Assembly (NCBI RefSeq): GCF_036321535.1
Contig: NC_087436.1
Coordinates: forward strand, 68,946,001 to 69,010,000
Source of the DNA: Camelus dromedarius
Taxonomy: Eukaryota
DNA: 64,000 nucleotides
Reading direction: 5' to 3'
Positions 13,309-27,153 of the stretch are shown here, in pieces (within the stretch, counting starts at the first letter, position 1; each line of letters starts with the position of its first letter). The notes beneath the pieces were generated by a model. The model was not told the DNA's origin. It ran no database searches and worked only from the letters and a program-made list of their open reading frames with translations. Made by a program: the position numbers and the translations under genes.

Positions 13309-16300
13309 AGCAGCCAGTGTTCTTTACTTAGCTTTCTGTTTGATTGACTGGTGTAAAGGTCTGTATTTCAGTGGTATTTTGCAATCCAGTTCAGAGGGAG
13401 GAGCTGTGATTAAGATATAAATGTCCTAGATAAGGAAGATCAACAGTGTTCTCATCTACAACTAATATAATCTGCATGTTAAATAAACAAAATTAACATG
13501 CCCCAGAATCTTTCTGTCACATTTCTGAAAGGTCATCTGTGAAAGAGGTAATGGGTAGGTTAGAGTGTTGCATACGAAGACATTTTAGAGCTTCTCATTC
13601 TTGGAATTTTCCCCTCAAATGCTGAGCTGCCTTATCATTGACAAATGACCTAAAAATATACAACCCAAATGCTATTTCATTAGATATAATTTTTTCAAGT
13701 AGCTATTTTTAATTTTTTTAAGTTCTAGGAATATATTAAGTGGTTAATTGATAATTATTTGCCATAGAAAATTCATATAATACCCAGAAGTTTAAAAAGA
13801 TATACTTCATAGCTATGAAATTACAAAGAATGATTAAATTTTATCTTCTGAGCTTTTAAAGAAAACTGACAAACTGTGTGTATAACTTAAACAATGTAAG
13901 TACCAAATTTTGTCTTTGTAAGAATGATCAGAGTTCTGTTGTTGAATTTCATATGCTGATAGATCCTACTTTTATTTTCATAAATAGATTTGCTTCTATA
14001 TTTGCATAAAAATTCATTAATTAACTTATTATAATATTATATCTGACTATAGAGAAAACTCTGAAAAGGAATTATATCCAGGGAAAAAAAGCTTATTGCA
14101 TAGCTGTATGCATAATAATAGTCATATTTCATTAAGTATATCTGCAGCATTTGAAATCTAGTTTCCATGTAGTTTCTCCTATGTAATTAAGCAGTTATGC
14201 ATTATAAATGTAACATTAGCATTAGCAAATGCAACATGAATCAAAGAAAATACAATTCTACTATGGAGAATCCATTTTAAATAATGTTTATTTCACTTAT
14301 TCTAATGAATGGAAAACATGTAATTAAAGTAGATAATCCGGTTTCAAGCATCTAGAACAAATCTTAGTACATAGCCTGTTGAATGAAAGTTAATCTCATT
14401 TAAAATTTATTAGATCACTTCCAGAAAGACAATGTTGTATAGAGTAACTTTTATCCTCATTAGTTTAGAGATATGCACATTAGTACTCTTGATTACTAAT
14501 CCACTTAAAAAATTGGGAAGAATTAAACTTTTTTTTTTTTAAATTTGAGGGAATGTAGATTGATGCTTAAATCTGAACTCTGGCTTACAAATATCAGCAG
14601 TAGTACCTGGCTCAGCTTATTCGAGTAAGGTAAGAATATACTAACAGCTGGCCTTACTATGTCCCTTGATAATAAACTGCAGCTCTACATCAGCCATCCA
14701 AATTTCCAACTAATGGAGGGTCCTGAGAGAGTCAAGACAAAGAGATCCCCACAACACAAATAGATATACATAACACTATTAAAAAATCTGAAGTCCATAG
14801 ATTTGTGAATGAGTAAGCTCTTGGCTAATAAGTCATATCTTCCATATTGACATAGAGCAGTTATGAGGAATATTTAATATTCTTTTAAAAGCTGTTGTCA
14901 GTGAGAAGGAGATGGCAGTTGACCAGCTAAATAAATTCAAACAAAGAGAAATGAATGGTTTTACCAACTTAAAAGAAATATTAAATACTCACTTAATTTT
15001 TGCTGTTCTTATTGGGCCAAAGGGTAAAGAACATAGGAACAGTCCTAAGCAAGAAGCAGTTGCCCCCAAAAAGATAGTCATAAAAGGCAAGGGATCTAAG
15101 TCTGCTTTCCTTCAAAGAGAAAAAAAAATTTAGGACATATTTCTTGAGTTAACTTTACTGAAAATGTGAAAAGGTGAAGGTACTTGTCTCAAGCATTTTA
15201 TCCCATGAGTTAATATGTTCTTAAAAGTGATATGATACATAAGTAAAGAAAAAATGAATTGATCTTTCCTCTACCTTACCAATAACAGAAATGGTGAACA
15301 GTACCACCTAAAGCAACTGAAGTTTGAGATTAGAAATAAAGGTATAAACAGAGGGTAGTAACCACCAAGAAGAAAGATGACTATGGAAGGATGAATGATA
15401 AAAGGGAAAAGAGGTAGTAGGGTCATAATGCCTCACTGACTTAGTAGACAGGAGAGCTAAGATACCTTTCAAGGTGGTATCTATGCTAATATTTCAAGCT
15501 CAATCCTAACAGGCCCCTACAACTTATTCAGGTCTATGCATATGGCTGAAATCATGAGTTCAGTGTGAAAGTATGTGTGAAAGTACCAGTGAGTTCAGTA
15601 TGGGAGTAACATAACTGACTTGATTGTTAAATCTATTTTTAAAAACATTTAACAAAGATGCAACTGTCAGTTCTTACTTTGTATAGCTTCTCTTATGATT
15701 TGACACTGCCATATTATACAAAGGCCTCATTCACTTTAGGTCCTTCTGCCTATTCAAGTTTAGTTGATTATGAGAAGAAGCAGGGCAGAGCAAGTACAAA
15801 AATTTCTCAATAGGTGTGAGAAGGGGAGATACAAGACTTAAGGCAACTATTTCACATTTTGTAGATTAAATGATTATCTGGGCTATTTTCCCTTTTTTGT
15901 TTACCATAGGTTCTAGACAAACCTTACACTCTGTTTTGCACTAGATTTTACTTTTTCTATTTTCAGACCTTAATTCTTGCCAACTTGCTCATTTTATCTC
16001 ACCTGTGGAGATGTGTGGCTCAAGAGTATTTGACATTCTAGTATTTAAGCCAGTATTTTTTAGGTAGTATGAAGGATTTTTCAAACATTGCCGTGATAGT
16101 TTATAAAAGCTTTTAAAGTTGCATTTAGTCATTCCATTTATTACATTCTAGGATAAGTAAAACAAGACCTGGAATAGATTAGACAAATTTTAACCATAAG
16201 AAATTTCTGGTATTCAGTCATTTTTAACCTATAAAAAGGGCAATTTCATATGGTTTCCACTAGTAGATCATACTACTGTACATTTTCTAATTTATATTTT

Positions 16301-19300
16301 AGATTAATTCATTTTTTATTTTGTATAAAATACCTAAAATGTGGGCTGCTCTCTTCACCCAATGATAATACAAATTGTTGAATGACTCAAAGTGCCCTGT
16401 TTTCAATTCTGAGCAGTAATAAACAATTAATTATAAAGTCTTAAGAACTTTATAAAATAATTTAAAGAAAAGTCAGTACATTTTAAATACTGGCAACTAC
16501 AGGAAATCAGTTAAGAGTCAGAGTTTAGTCTTATACACTATTAGAAGAAAATATATTGTACAGAATCTAAAACAACAAACGCAAACATTTCTGATTTGTC
16601 TTTGAATTGGCTTTTGAAGCTGGATTTTGAATATTAAGCTTCCTGAAATGCTAAAGGTTCAAATGCCTTACAATAAATAATGAGACCATATAATGATTAC
16701 ATGATTCAAGAGTGTGAAAAACTTTCTCATTCCTAAATATTTACCCATTACTCTAACCCAAACCCATAGAATTCCAATGACACAATATCCTTTTCAAAGA
16801 CTACTGCAAATAACTGCCCAATGCAACACAGACTTGTCTTCTTGGTCAAGATATTGGTTTCCGTGTTGTCTTCCTACATTTGTTGAATAATGTTGAGAGA
16901 TCCAATTTAGATCTTTACAAGGCTTCTTTAAGCACAATAGGAATTTTTTTTCAATATTTATTGTTTTCAAAATGTACTTCACAAATTTAGCTTTCATTTA
17001 TATAAATATACACAAAAGTCGACTGTAGAGTGTTATCGTATGAATTGAAAATCTATTTTTTAAAAGAGCTGGCAATTATTATCATCAGCATTATCATCAA
17101 ATCCAGGAATTATAAGATAAATGAAGTGATTAGAGAAAATTATTGGAAAAAAATACAAAACCTTTACTTCAACTTTATCCGGTCTCCTCTTTTAGATTGT
17201 GAACACCATAAAAGGAGAGAATATGTTTGTTTCATTCATATATGTGTCTATGTGTGCATTTGTTTATGTGCATGTGGTATGTGTATGTATCTACACATGA
17301 TACATATGCACAACACATATCATGTATATATAATGTAAATAGTGTATGCAGATATGCACATACAGCATGTATATATAGTGTACTACTAGTACACTATAAG
17401 CTAAAATCATAAGTATTTGTTGAATTACCAAATAAATGCAACTATAAAATCTATTCCATAAGCATGTGTCTGATGCTTTCCCGTCTTCAACAGTAAATCC
17501 TCATTAGCACCAACAACGTAAGTTTTCTTGGAATGAATTCTTTTTATTGTTCAGCTTTTTATTTACCTTCTGAATTAGTATATCTCAAGTATCTCATAGC
17601 TCTTCTTGAATAAATATATAATGAAAAGCAAATTTGAAATTTTTGTTTACTCCTGGCCTTTCCTACATTCTTAGTATCTGTTCTTTGACTTTAGATGTAT
17701 GTAAGTCACCACATTGTAGACTATTAACAGTCTACAATGGGCCAAGCAATGTGTTTGTCACTGGGAATACAGACAGCTCTGTTTAACTAAGGAGACATGA
17801 TTGTAAACAAATAATCATACAGAGAAGTGCAAAAGGAGGAAGTATATACCATATATTATGCAAGTTTAGATAGGATTGCTGTGCTTCAGGAGTAAATAAG
17901 GTGTAAGACACAATGGCAGGAAGGCTATAGGGTCTCACCTAATGTGAGAAGGAACACTGATTATTGGCAGGAGAAACAACATGCCCATAGATGGTCTCCT
18001 TGGCACTCCTTTCATTTAGTTCTGCAACTGTACCAAAAAGATAGTAGAACCACACTGCTTTGGTGTTCTACTGTAACATTTCTAAATTGCAAATGTCATC
18101 ATTTCTTTCTCTTATTTCAATCTTTACTCAACTCTTCAATAAAGTTCAAAGATTTTAATCTGGTATAAAAGGCCCTTCATAGTCTGACTAATCAGTTTCA
18201 TTTGATAACTTCCAGCATCTATTTGTGAGTGTATGTCAAGTCTTGGGTTTTTACAAGGGTTGTGTTCTCTCATCCCAGAAATACCTCCTTCTTTCTCCTA
18301 CAGCTAATTCTTACTTGATTTTAAAAAGAAAACTCAATCACTGTATACTCAGAGAAGCTTTTATGAGGTTGAGTGGGAACCCCCATAATACCTTGTTTAT
18401 ACTTTTTTAAAAAACATTTATCAGATTACGCCATCACTGTGTGGCATGTTGATTTGCCTCTTGCCTCTAAGCCTACTTGCCAGTAACATCTCTTATCCCT
18501 GTCTCACTTGTAGACACACCGGATATAGGGACTAGGGAAAAAATAATCAGCACTCTAGGATAATTTAAGTGGTTCTCTAAGGCCTTCAGAAGGTTAACAT
18601 TCTCCATATTAATTAGCTATTAACTTTTTGAAATCATAGAATTTAAGTATTCAAAAAGACTTTACGGCTATGTAATGGGGTGTTTTTAAAAATATTTTTG
18701 ACCATGACCCATGTAAGAAATGTTCTACATCACAATGGGGTGTGATACACAATCATATATTTAAAATAACAGCTCCACAATATAATACACTTACTATATA
18801 TGATATAGTAAAACAATATATCAGATATTATTTATTTTTTAATACAACAAAGAAAAAAATCAAAGTGAACTTACTACCAAAATACTCAAATTATGAATCA
18901 ATAAACCAAAAATAGCTTCATGCTTATCCACAAAAAATATTTCAAGTCCCATTAATAGTGATAGCACTCTACCCATCTATTTTAGTGTAAACTCTCCCTA
19001 TAGTTTATGGATAAAAGTGAGGTCTTGAGAGGTAAGTGACTTTTCCAGACAAATAAGCACAAAGCTGGATCTAGAACACATCTAAAGTTCATGCTAGTAT
19101 TCTTTCCACCACATCAATGACAAAGAACTTCTGCTAAGAAGCCATCATATATTTAGCTTATTCACTCTTTGAGAGACTAGATCCCTTGCACAAAATACCT
19201 TTACAAATGAATTAAATGAACCACTGCCTAACCTTCTTATCTTACTTCTATGGCACAATTTGTATTTTTAGAATTCTGTCTAAAATATCTGTGTTAAAAA

Positions 19301-20706
19301 TAATACTGATCTGGGATCCCAATTAGAAAGATACTTTAAATCCCCAGAACAATAAGCTCTGGATCAAAGCTGATGAGGCTTCAATACAGAAGTTTCATGT
19401 CTGCAACAATACTTTCAGATTGGAAAAGTGAGTGAGTAGAACAAGGCCAAAAATTGGGAAGAAGAGAACCAGGCTGATAGAAAAGCTATACCACAGACTT
19501 CTGGAAAAAAAAAAAAAAAAAGAATGAGAGAACTTCAAGCCCTTTGCTAATTTTTTAAAACTGAAATTGTTAACATATATTTATAGGAAGCTTGTTAAAT
19601 ATCAAAGTAAGTTTTTTCTCCTGTACATTTTGTCTTATCCTAACTTTATCTTGGTAAATAAGAAATACACTTTTTCATATTTAATAAGAAATACAGAGGA
19701 TATGCTACATCATGCTGTTGTGAAAGGGTCCACGGGGATAAGCTAAATGAATGAAATGGACAGTCTTCCTCAGGCTCGTGCTATTATTTAACAGTAAATT
19801 AGGGAGGGCAAGAACACTCATTGTTTCAGTATTAATGCCTACAGGCTTAAAGTACTATATTTAATTGAAGACAAAAATCAAATGATTGCACAATTATAAT
19901 TATCACAAAATCATGATTAAGTTTGAAACATTAGTCAGTGCAGAACATTTAGGAAATTGGTGTCTGTAGAGAGATTAAGAACCTCTGAGAAGCAAGGTTA
20001 GACTAAATAGGAATTTGAACTAAATCACTCTCATCAAATATCAGTTATTCATTTCTGAGTCTGTAAAAAACAATAGCCTGAAGTTACCTAAACATAAATA
20101 TAAATACAATTTATTTACCTTAAATTCATTAATTAATTATTTTGGAGTTCAATTATTTCAAATGTCATATAGAGTCTGGATTTTGTTAATTCAATAATTT
20201 TTAATTTCATCATTTCATTCATATGATAGATGCAATAATCCTATTGCTATGATACTTTATATTATTTAGAGTTAAAGAAATAAAAACTCTAATAGACTCT
20301 CCTCTTACATTTATATTTCAACTTTTTCCAGAATATACTTCAATGAGCAAAGTAAGACAAAAATTTATACCAAGCTATTGATCATTCTAAAGAAACTAAA
20401 TAAACCATATTAAATATTTTAATTTTGAAGCATAGATTTTTCTAAATGTTTATGTGTAATATAATATATTACTGCACGTTATTTCTATTTCTACCATTTA
20501 GAAAGAAAAGACCACCTTTGTTTAAAAAAATTCTTACGTTTAAAGACAACAACAAAAGAAAACTTTAACACAAAATACAATAACACACATGAGAAATTCT
20601 TATTTTTAAAGCAGTCTCCACCTGCCAACATCTGTCCTGCCTGTCTCAGGAATCATAAACCTCTATCACCACTGATAACTTTGACCAAGAAAAGCTGAGT
20701 ACTTAC

Positions 20707-20717
20707 CCGTACATCAT
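20707..20717 (-). CDS. TMPRSS11F: Probable first coding micro-exon of TMPRSS11F (M-M-Y-, phase 2)
   Basis: gggtccATG ATG TAC GG|gtaagt with a consensus donor; human TMPRSS11F begins MMYAPVEF (recalled); position fits the recalled cluster order 11BNL then 11F on the same strand. Exon 2 is not visible in 1-20706. Confidence 0.75.
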
Positions 20718-21200
20718 GGACCCAGAACTGGGGCACCTTCTATTCAGGCACCATCTGATCTTTATCAGCCAGGTCAGAGCTGGGAGGCTGGAAAATAATG
20801 AGAGTCATTGGCAACAAGAAAAGAAACAAGTCTGACTGGTTTAATGACCGAGGTCTGCAGCCTGGAAATAGCCTGATACGAATATGATCAACTTTGTGCC
20901 TGCTGGTTCCGCAGGTGGAGGAATTGTCAATACCTTTGTAGAGAAGCTCCAAGCAGAGAGGGCAGACCACATGCAACTGGTGATGATTCAGAGGGCCACA
21001 CTTTTCCGATTGGGAAGGTATGATCAGCATTGAGGTGTGGCCTCAATTTGTTTTAAAAAAAATAAACCAGCAAAACATTAGAGTACATTGGGTGCTCTGT
21101 ACTTCATTAAAATGATTATATCTTCTCCCCTTTGAGGGAATCATCAGGTGTGGCGATGTGGAACAGACCTGGGCTCTGTGCCAAGATGCTTGTCTTTGCT
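20718..21200 (-). promoter_or_regulatory. Putative 5'UTR and proximal promoter of TMPRSS11F
   Basis: Apparently repeat-free, GC-elevated block directly upstream of the MMY exon; GATAAA (20761-20766), CCAAT (about 20808-20812), AP-1-like TGACTCT and KLF-like GGTGTGG motifs. Motif calls alone are weak evidence. Confidence 0.45.
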
Positions 21201-24200
21201 TCGGTGGTATGATAATGGGCTTGCTGTTTAGCTCATTGGGATTTATTTTCCTCATAAGTAAAGTGTTGGGACTGCATTACCTTTTCTAATACTGTCCATT
21301 TGAGCTCTAAAGATAACAGATTTTATTGATATAATTTATTTACCACCAAAAAGATCCAAAAAAATTTTTAAAAAACTTTTTCTCCTTTCTTATCATTAGG
21401 AATAGTTTAGTCTATTTTAGTGCATGTGAATTCCTCAATATTTATAAATAGTCACTTTAGATAATTCATCCACAGAGCTTTTAATCTGAATACATGAACT
21501 TGTAATGAAGATAAGTAAAGTTGCAGGAAGAATATTACAATTTTAAGAGCTGTTTTTAAAGGATCAGAGCCAGGAGATATTAAAGGGGAAAAAAAAGATT
21601 TAAACATGCATCTTTGTTATTCATACAGAATACGTTTATCTAAGATGCTACAAATAACAATATGAATCTTATCTTAACACTATCATTATAATATTCCACT
21701 AAGACATTAATATAATTAATGTATTAATTATATTAATTATATAAAGTATTAATATAAAATACATTTCCCATGACATTTTACAAATAGAAGAACTGAGGTA
21801 GATTGTCAGTTTGTATAGTTATAAACAATGTGACAAAGAGACATGTGACAATATAATTTTGAGAAGGAATAAAGAATTCTGAATAAATAGTTCACAGGAA
21901 CTTATCAAGTCACTTTAACTATATTGAAAATTATAGCTTAACTTAGGAATAATAACTTTCATTCTCTGGGGATGTGATTTTTTCCAAAAGGAAAAATTTT
22001 TTAAATCTAACAAAACTGGTATAGAAAAATTTTCTTAATTTTAGTATCTGCTATAACATTATTATTTTGATTTTCTATATGGTAATACTGTGCTAACTTG
22101 AAATTAACATTGTACAAATATGCTTTTAAATGATTTTAATGTTTACATTAAAATATTTCTCACTAATGAATTAATATTTTAATAATTGATATTTGTTTAA
22201 ATTCATAAAAATATTCTCAGCTCTTTATATTTATAATTAATAATACAGTAGAAAATAAACTCTTTGGCTTAAGTGGAGGAAATTTTGCCTTACAAAAAGC
22301 ATGTCCAAGTAAGTTAAGAACCAGCTTTGAGGGTTCTGGAATGAAACATGCAGTATGTACATATTTCTTATTTTAAGAAAATCAGCATTTTCATATTGAA
22401 TTATAGGACTTGGGGGTGAGAATTAAGAGATAGAGTAATATTTAAACAGTCAGAGATCACAATAGAAGCTATCTTATTTTTAAAAGCTCAAAAATAGACA
22501 TTTAATTGTCTTTCTCAGGAACCTTTCCTGCTACACCATTCTCTCAAATTATCATCTGTTTGATTTTAAAAGTTCTGTTTCTTTGATTATTTTTATTTTT
22601 TCCCTTCTGCTTTTAGTGAATATGTAAAATAATCCCTTTATTCTCTGAGGTAATGACTTTCTCATGGTGGATGGCGGTACACCAGTATGCTGTGTCTATC
22701 AACTAACCATGTGAACTTGGGAACATTCTTAACCTTTCTATATCCCAGTCCCCACCCCCTCCCACCCCAGAAAATTAGGATAATACTTGTACATAGTTTA
22801 AACAAGATAATAAGTATAAGGGACTGAACAAAGTGTCTGGCCCATAATAAAGCCCAGAAGTATTAAGTATTGTACTTTCTCTCAAATCCATTTTTTTCCC
22901 TAGGATTAGCACTGTATTGCTAATTGTTTTCAATAGAGTTCAAAAGGGGTGTTTTCCAAACTCTTTTGTCTGTATGGTTCTCATTTTAGCAACATAATTC
23001 TCTAGTTCTTTGCTTTAATTGTATTAAATAAAGACATTTATGTATTAGGTTCTAATTAATGTAGCATATGAAGATTTTTCAATGAATGTTCATTCTAAGG
23101 CTGAATAACTCTATCAGCTAATTCGGAAGGCTGGCAGGCATTAGTAACATGCACTATAAAAGTGAATTACTACATATGAATTTGATCTCATTGCTTTCTC
23201 AGCACCTTAGTGCACGTTGCTTCATGTGGGCAGGCACCACACTTGTTTCTATTACTGTGCTGTTGATTGATTTATTATCAGTCAAAAGACAACGAGTGTA
23301 TGAGGCAAAGCATCAACAGGAAAAATTAACAATAGGATATTACACCAAGACATCAAGGAGAAAGTTAAGATACTCCCAAATTGATCATGTTTCTTCAGTG
23401 TCCAAAATAAAAAAATAAAAAAATAGATTAGATTTAGAATAGATTCTATAAAAGATTTGTGTACATTTCTCTGTAATTTCAGATTTTAAAATAAATTAAT
23501 TAAATTTATGAACTTAATAAATAAAGTCATTGCAAATAAATAATTTAACCTCATACTTACTAATAGCCTAGGGTTTGAGGGCTGACCTTAAGTTTTACCT
23601 TGCACTTACTAAGGCAATCAATGTATTACTTTACCATTGAAGAAAGAGCATAAAGGGGATTTAGTGGAGGATCACACCTTGCCAAGTGCAAGCACTACCA
23701 AAGAGTGATAACATGGAAGAAAGAGACCACCTCAAGGGAGATAACAAGTCCTGTGGGTTAGAATAAATGCATCACTGGCTGAAGGAAAAGGAGACCAAAT
23801 TCAGTAGCCTTTCTCTAATACAGCATAAGAATTAGTAGACATTATTTATCCAGACAACTTAGGACAAAAACTGGGAACACTCACTCTAAGATCAACTCAT
23901 CTCCATGGATCATTTCCATGTACTCGTTAAATTATGGAACTGAGAAGATCAAAACATAATATATGTTTATTTTTTTAATCTCAAAGAGTAGATCTTAGAG
24001 TTGTTCACACCAGTGTTCAAGTCAGTAATTTTTTTTTCTCAGATCCTAATTGTTTTGTTTGAAAAACTTTTAGGCAAAATACATATTTTAGAAATAGGAT
24101 AAATTATTGTATTTCAATACAAATAGTTTAATTACTTCATTATAACCAGCTTCAAAGTTGTATACATAGTCTATTATCATTCAGATATAAATTACCACAA

Positions 24201-25719
24201 TACTGTGCTTGCTGATAAATATTCTGTTGGTAGCTAAAACAATTGATCAGTTTTAAGTAGTGCAGTGAGACTTCAAAAACTACCTTACAGAGCATTCTAT
24301 AGGTGGTCTCCTCATGGTTTTGGAGGTTTCTGTTTTCCAGCTATGTAATAGTATAATGAAGTAATCATTAGGTGTTTCTCATTTGAAACAAAGCAGGCTG
24401 AGATGTTTTTTATCAAATGATACTGGATCTGAGTAAGACAGACTAGCCCACTTTACATTCTTACATATTAGCTGTACCTCAGTGGCTTACACTGAAAGAA
24501 AAAATGTGTCAAACTAATCAACATACCATAAGCTCCACAGGCAGAATTTAATCCAAAAAGACTTGTGACACAAACAATAAATAAGCATTTTTTTCCTTAA
24601 TTTTTAAGTTGAAGGAAGTCCTTTAAGACCTCAAGTAGAAGGTTCCTATACTAGGTCTTCTGAATTTTGTTTTTCAAAAAAAAAATCTCTCTTTCAAGAA
24701 TTAGTCTATTCTCATGACTTTATAGAACTCTCCTCTATTCAGTCAACACCTAAATCTGTATCTCCACTTTATTCCCTTGCTGAAATTGTAGTCTTATAGA
24801 TGCCTACTAAGTTTTGTTTCATTATCTTACATGACCACATGCAATCATATATTTAAAAAATACTTATTAACAATCTGCTATGTGCTAGGCACTGTGCCTA
24901 TCATGTTGGTAAGACTAAGACAAAATAATTAACACTATCTTGCTCTCAGAGAGTTTTACAGTCTAGTCAGTCATCTCAAACTCAACAAATCTTTGTGCCT
25001 CCAAACTTCTTTGTCTTTTTCAGTGACATAACACAATGCCTCAATAATCTACACTAAAAATTTGAAATGTATCCTTGACTCAATTCCATTCTCTGTATCC
25101 AGCTAATGATTTTGAAAATTATTCTTTCAAATTGTTTCTTTGGCCTGTATATTCCTTTCTCTTCCTAGCCTAGCTTACTTAGACTGTTACAACAGCTTTC
25201 CAACTGAACTCCATGACTCTTAGTCTTTTCACCTTTCAGTTCACCTTCATGCTCATTAAAGACTAATTGTCTATAAATATGGCTTTCATCATGTGACTAT
25301 TAAAAAAAATCTTTTAATGGCTCCCTATTTTCCATCTCATGAAGAATTTACTCAATGAAATTCAAAATCCTCTAAGAATCAAATTCATCCCAACTTTATT
25401 TCTGTAATATATCACATCATGACTTTGTAGTTTCTCTTCTATCATCACACCATCCTTCCCACTGGGGTGTTCACCCTATTCTTGTCTCTGACTTAAAGAT
25501 GAACACCTTGTAAAAGCCCAGCCCAATTACTACCTCCTTAATCAAATCTCTAACAGTTTAAGATAGTTTAAGATGCAGTTCCTGGGTGCTGACTACTTTG
25601 ATTCTGAATTTTGTTCTACCACTAACTTTGTGACCTTGATTAAGGCACTTATTCTCTCTTGTGCCTCAATTTCTTCACCTATAAAAGAGAAATGAAAATA
25701 GCCTCTAACTTTCATGTTA

Positions 25720-26064
25720 TTTTATTTTTATTGTAGTATAATTGAATTATAATACTAGTTTCAGATTACAGCAGAATGATTCAATATTTTATAGGTTATA
25801 TTCTATTTAAAGTTATTATAAAGTATTGGCTATATATTTCCTGTGCTGTACGATATATTCTTGTAGCTTATTGTAGCTTATTTATTTTATACATAGTAAT
25901 TTGTACCTCTTAATCCCCTACCCCTATTTTGCCCCTCTCTGCCTTTCTTCACCATTTGTTATTTGTTCTTTTTGATGATAGCCATTCTGACAGGTGTGAG
26001 ATGATATCTCATTAAGGTTTTTTATATATATATAAATATAGACACACACACTTTTTTATTGTAG

Positions 26065-26109
<45 letters not shown>

Positions 26110-26467
26110 CACTTTTTTATTGCAGTATAGTCAGTTTATAATGTGTCAATTTCTGGTGTACAGCATAATGCTTCAGTCATACATGAACATAACATTTATT
26201 CATTTTCATTTTCTTTTTCACCATAAGTTACTACAAGATACTGAATATAGTTAGCTGTGCTATTCATTGAGGTTTTGATTTGCATCTCCCTGAGGATTTG
26301 CAATGCTGAGCATATTTTCATGTGCCTGTGGCCATATGTATGTCTTCTTTGGAAAAATGTCTACTGAGATCTGCTACTGAGATCTTCTGCTCATTTTTTA
26401 ATTGGGTTGTTTGTTTTTTTGATACTGAGTTATATAAGCTGTTGATATATTTTGGATATTAACCCCT
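25720..26467 (-). mobile_element. Antisense L1 3' region containing a nested younger L1 3' end (26022-26263)
   Basis: L1 motifs gatagccattctgacaggtgtgagatgatatctcatt and ttgcatctccctg...gagcatattttcatgtgcctg; nested insert flanked by 13-bp TSD tcattaaggtttt (26009-26021) / tcattgaggtttt (26264-26276); (TA)n at about 26067-26099. Confidence 0.82.
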
Positions 26468-26917
26468 AAAGACCAAAACCTGGATCTTTTGCTTCTGTGA
26501 TATCTTCTAGTCTTTGGTATAGGCCCATAGTAGGTGGTCAGTTAACACTCACTGACTGATTTGTCTCATTCCATTCCAAACTACAATTCGTTTTTACCTT
26601 CTACATTACTCCTGGGAGTTGGAACTGCGATCATTTTTCTCTTTTTACTTCGAAGGTGAAAGTAAAAAATACTGTGTGCGTGAAAAATGTTAGCTTTCCA
26701 GAACTCTAATAACTCCCTGTCTTCCTTAACTGGAATATTCTAATAAGTTATACTTAAGAGAAAATCCAGATAGCCATTTCCTCTAAACACTTTCTTGGCT
26801 GATTTAGGTTTTGCAGTGAATACATCTTATTCATAAGAGGCTTATAATTTTTATTGATAACTTGGTAAGACTCTGACTCTGGTATATAATAACTTGGAAC
26901 TTCCATTGCTGCTTGAG

Positions 26918-27153
26918 CAGTGGTACAGCAAGGTTGGAATCAGGGTTGTAGAAGCTGTCTATTCTGCATACAGGAAATGAGGGGGGGTGCATTGTCTAAT
27001 AATGAATTTTAAAACAATAGAAAACTGATTAAAGTTGGTGTGGTTATTATTGTCACCATGCACCACAAAATCTAAGCAACATCATTGATAAAAATATTCC
27101 TCCCTACTGGAGGGTTGACTACTCCCACTAATGCCTCCACCCTACTGTACCTC
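26918..27153 (+). mobile_element. hAT-Tip100 non-autonomous element (ORSL/MER97-like)
   Basis: cagtggtacagcaagg...gggggtgcattgtct...gaattttaaaacaat...tcaccatgcacc...gataaaaatattcctcc resembles the recalled MER97/ORSL 5' consensus. Confidence 0.6.

Noticed and set aside
20755..21030. 96-aa minus-strand ORF as an N-terminal extension of TMPRSS11F
   Set aside because: It stops at 20740, before the MMY start, and shows no recognisable homology.
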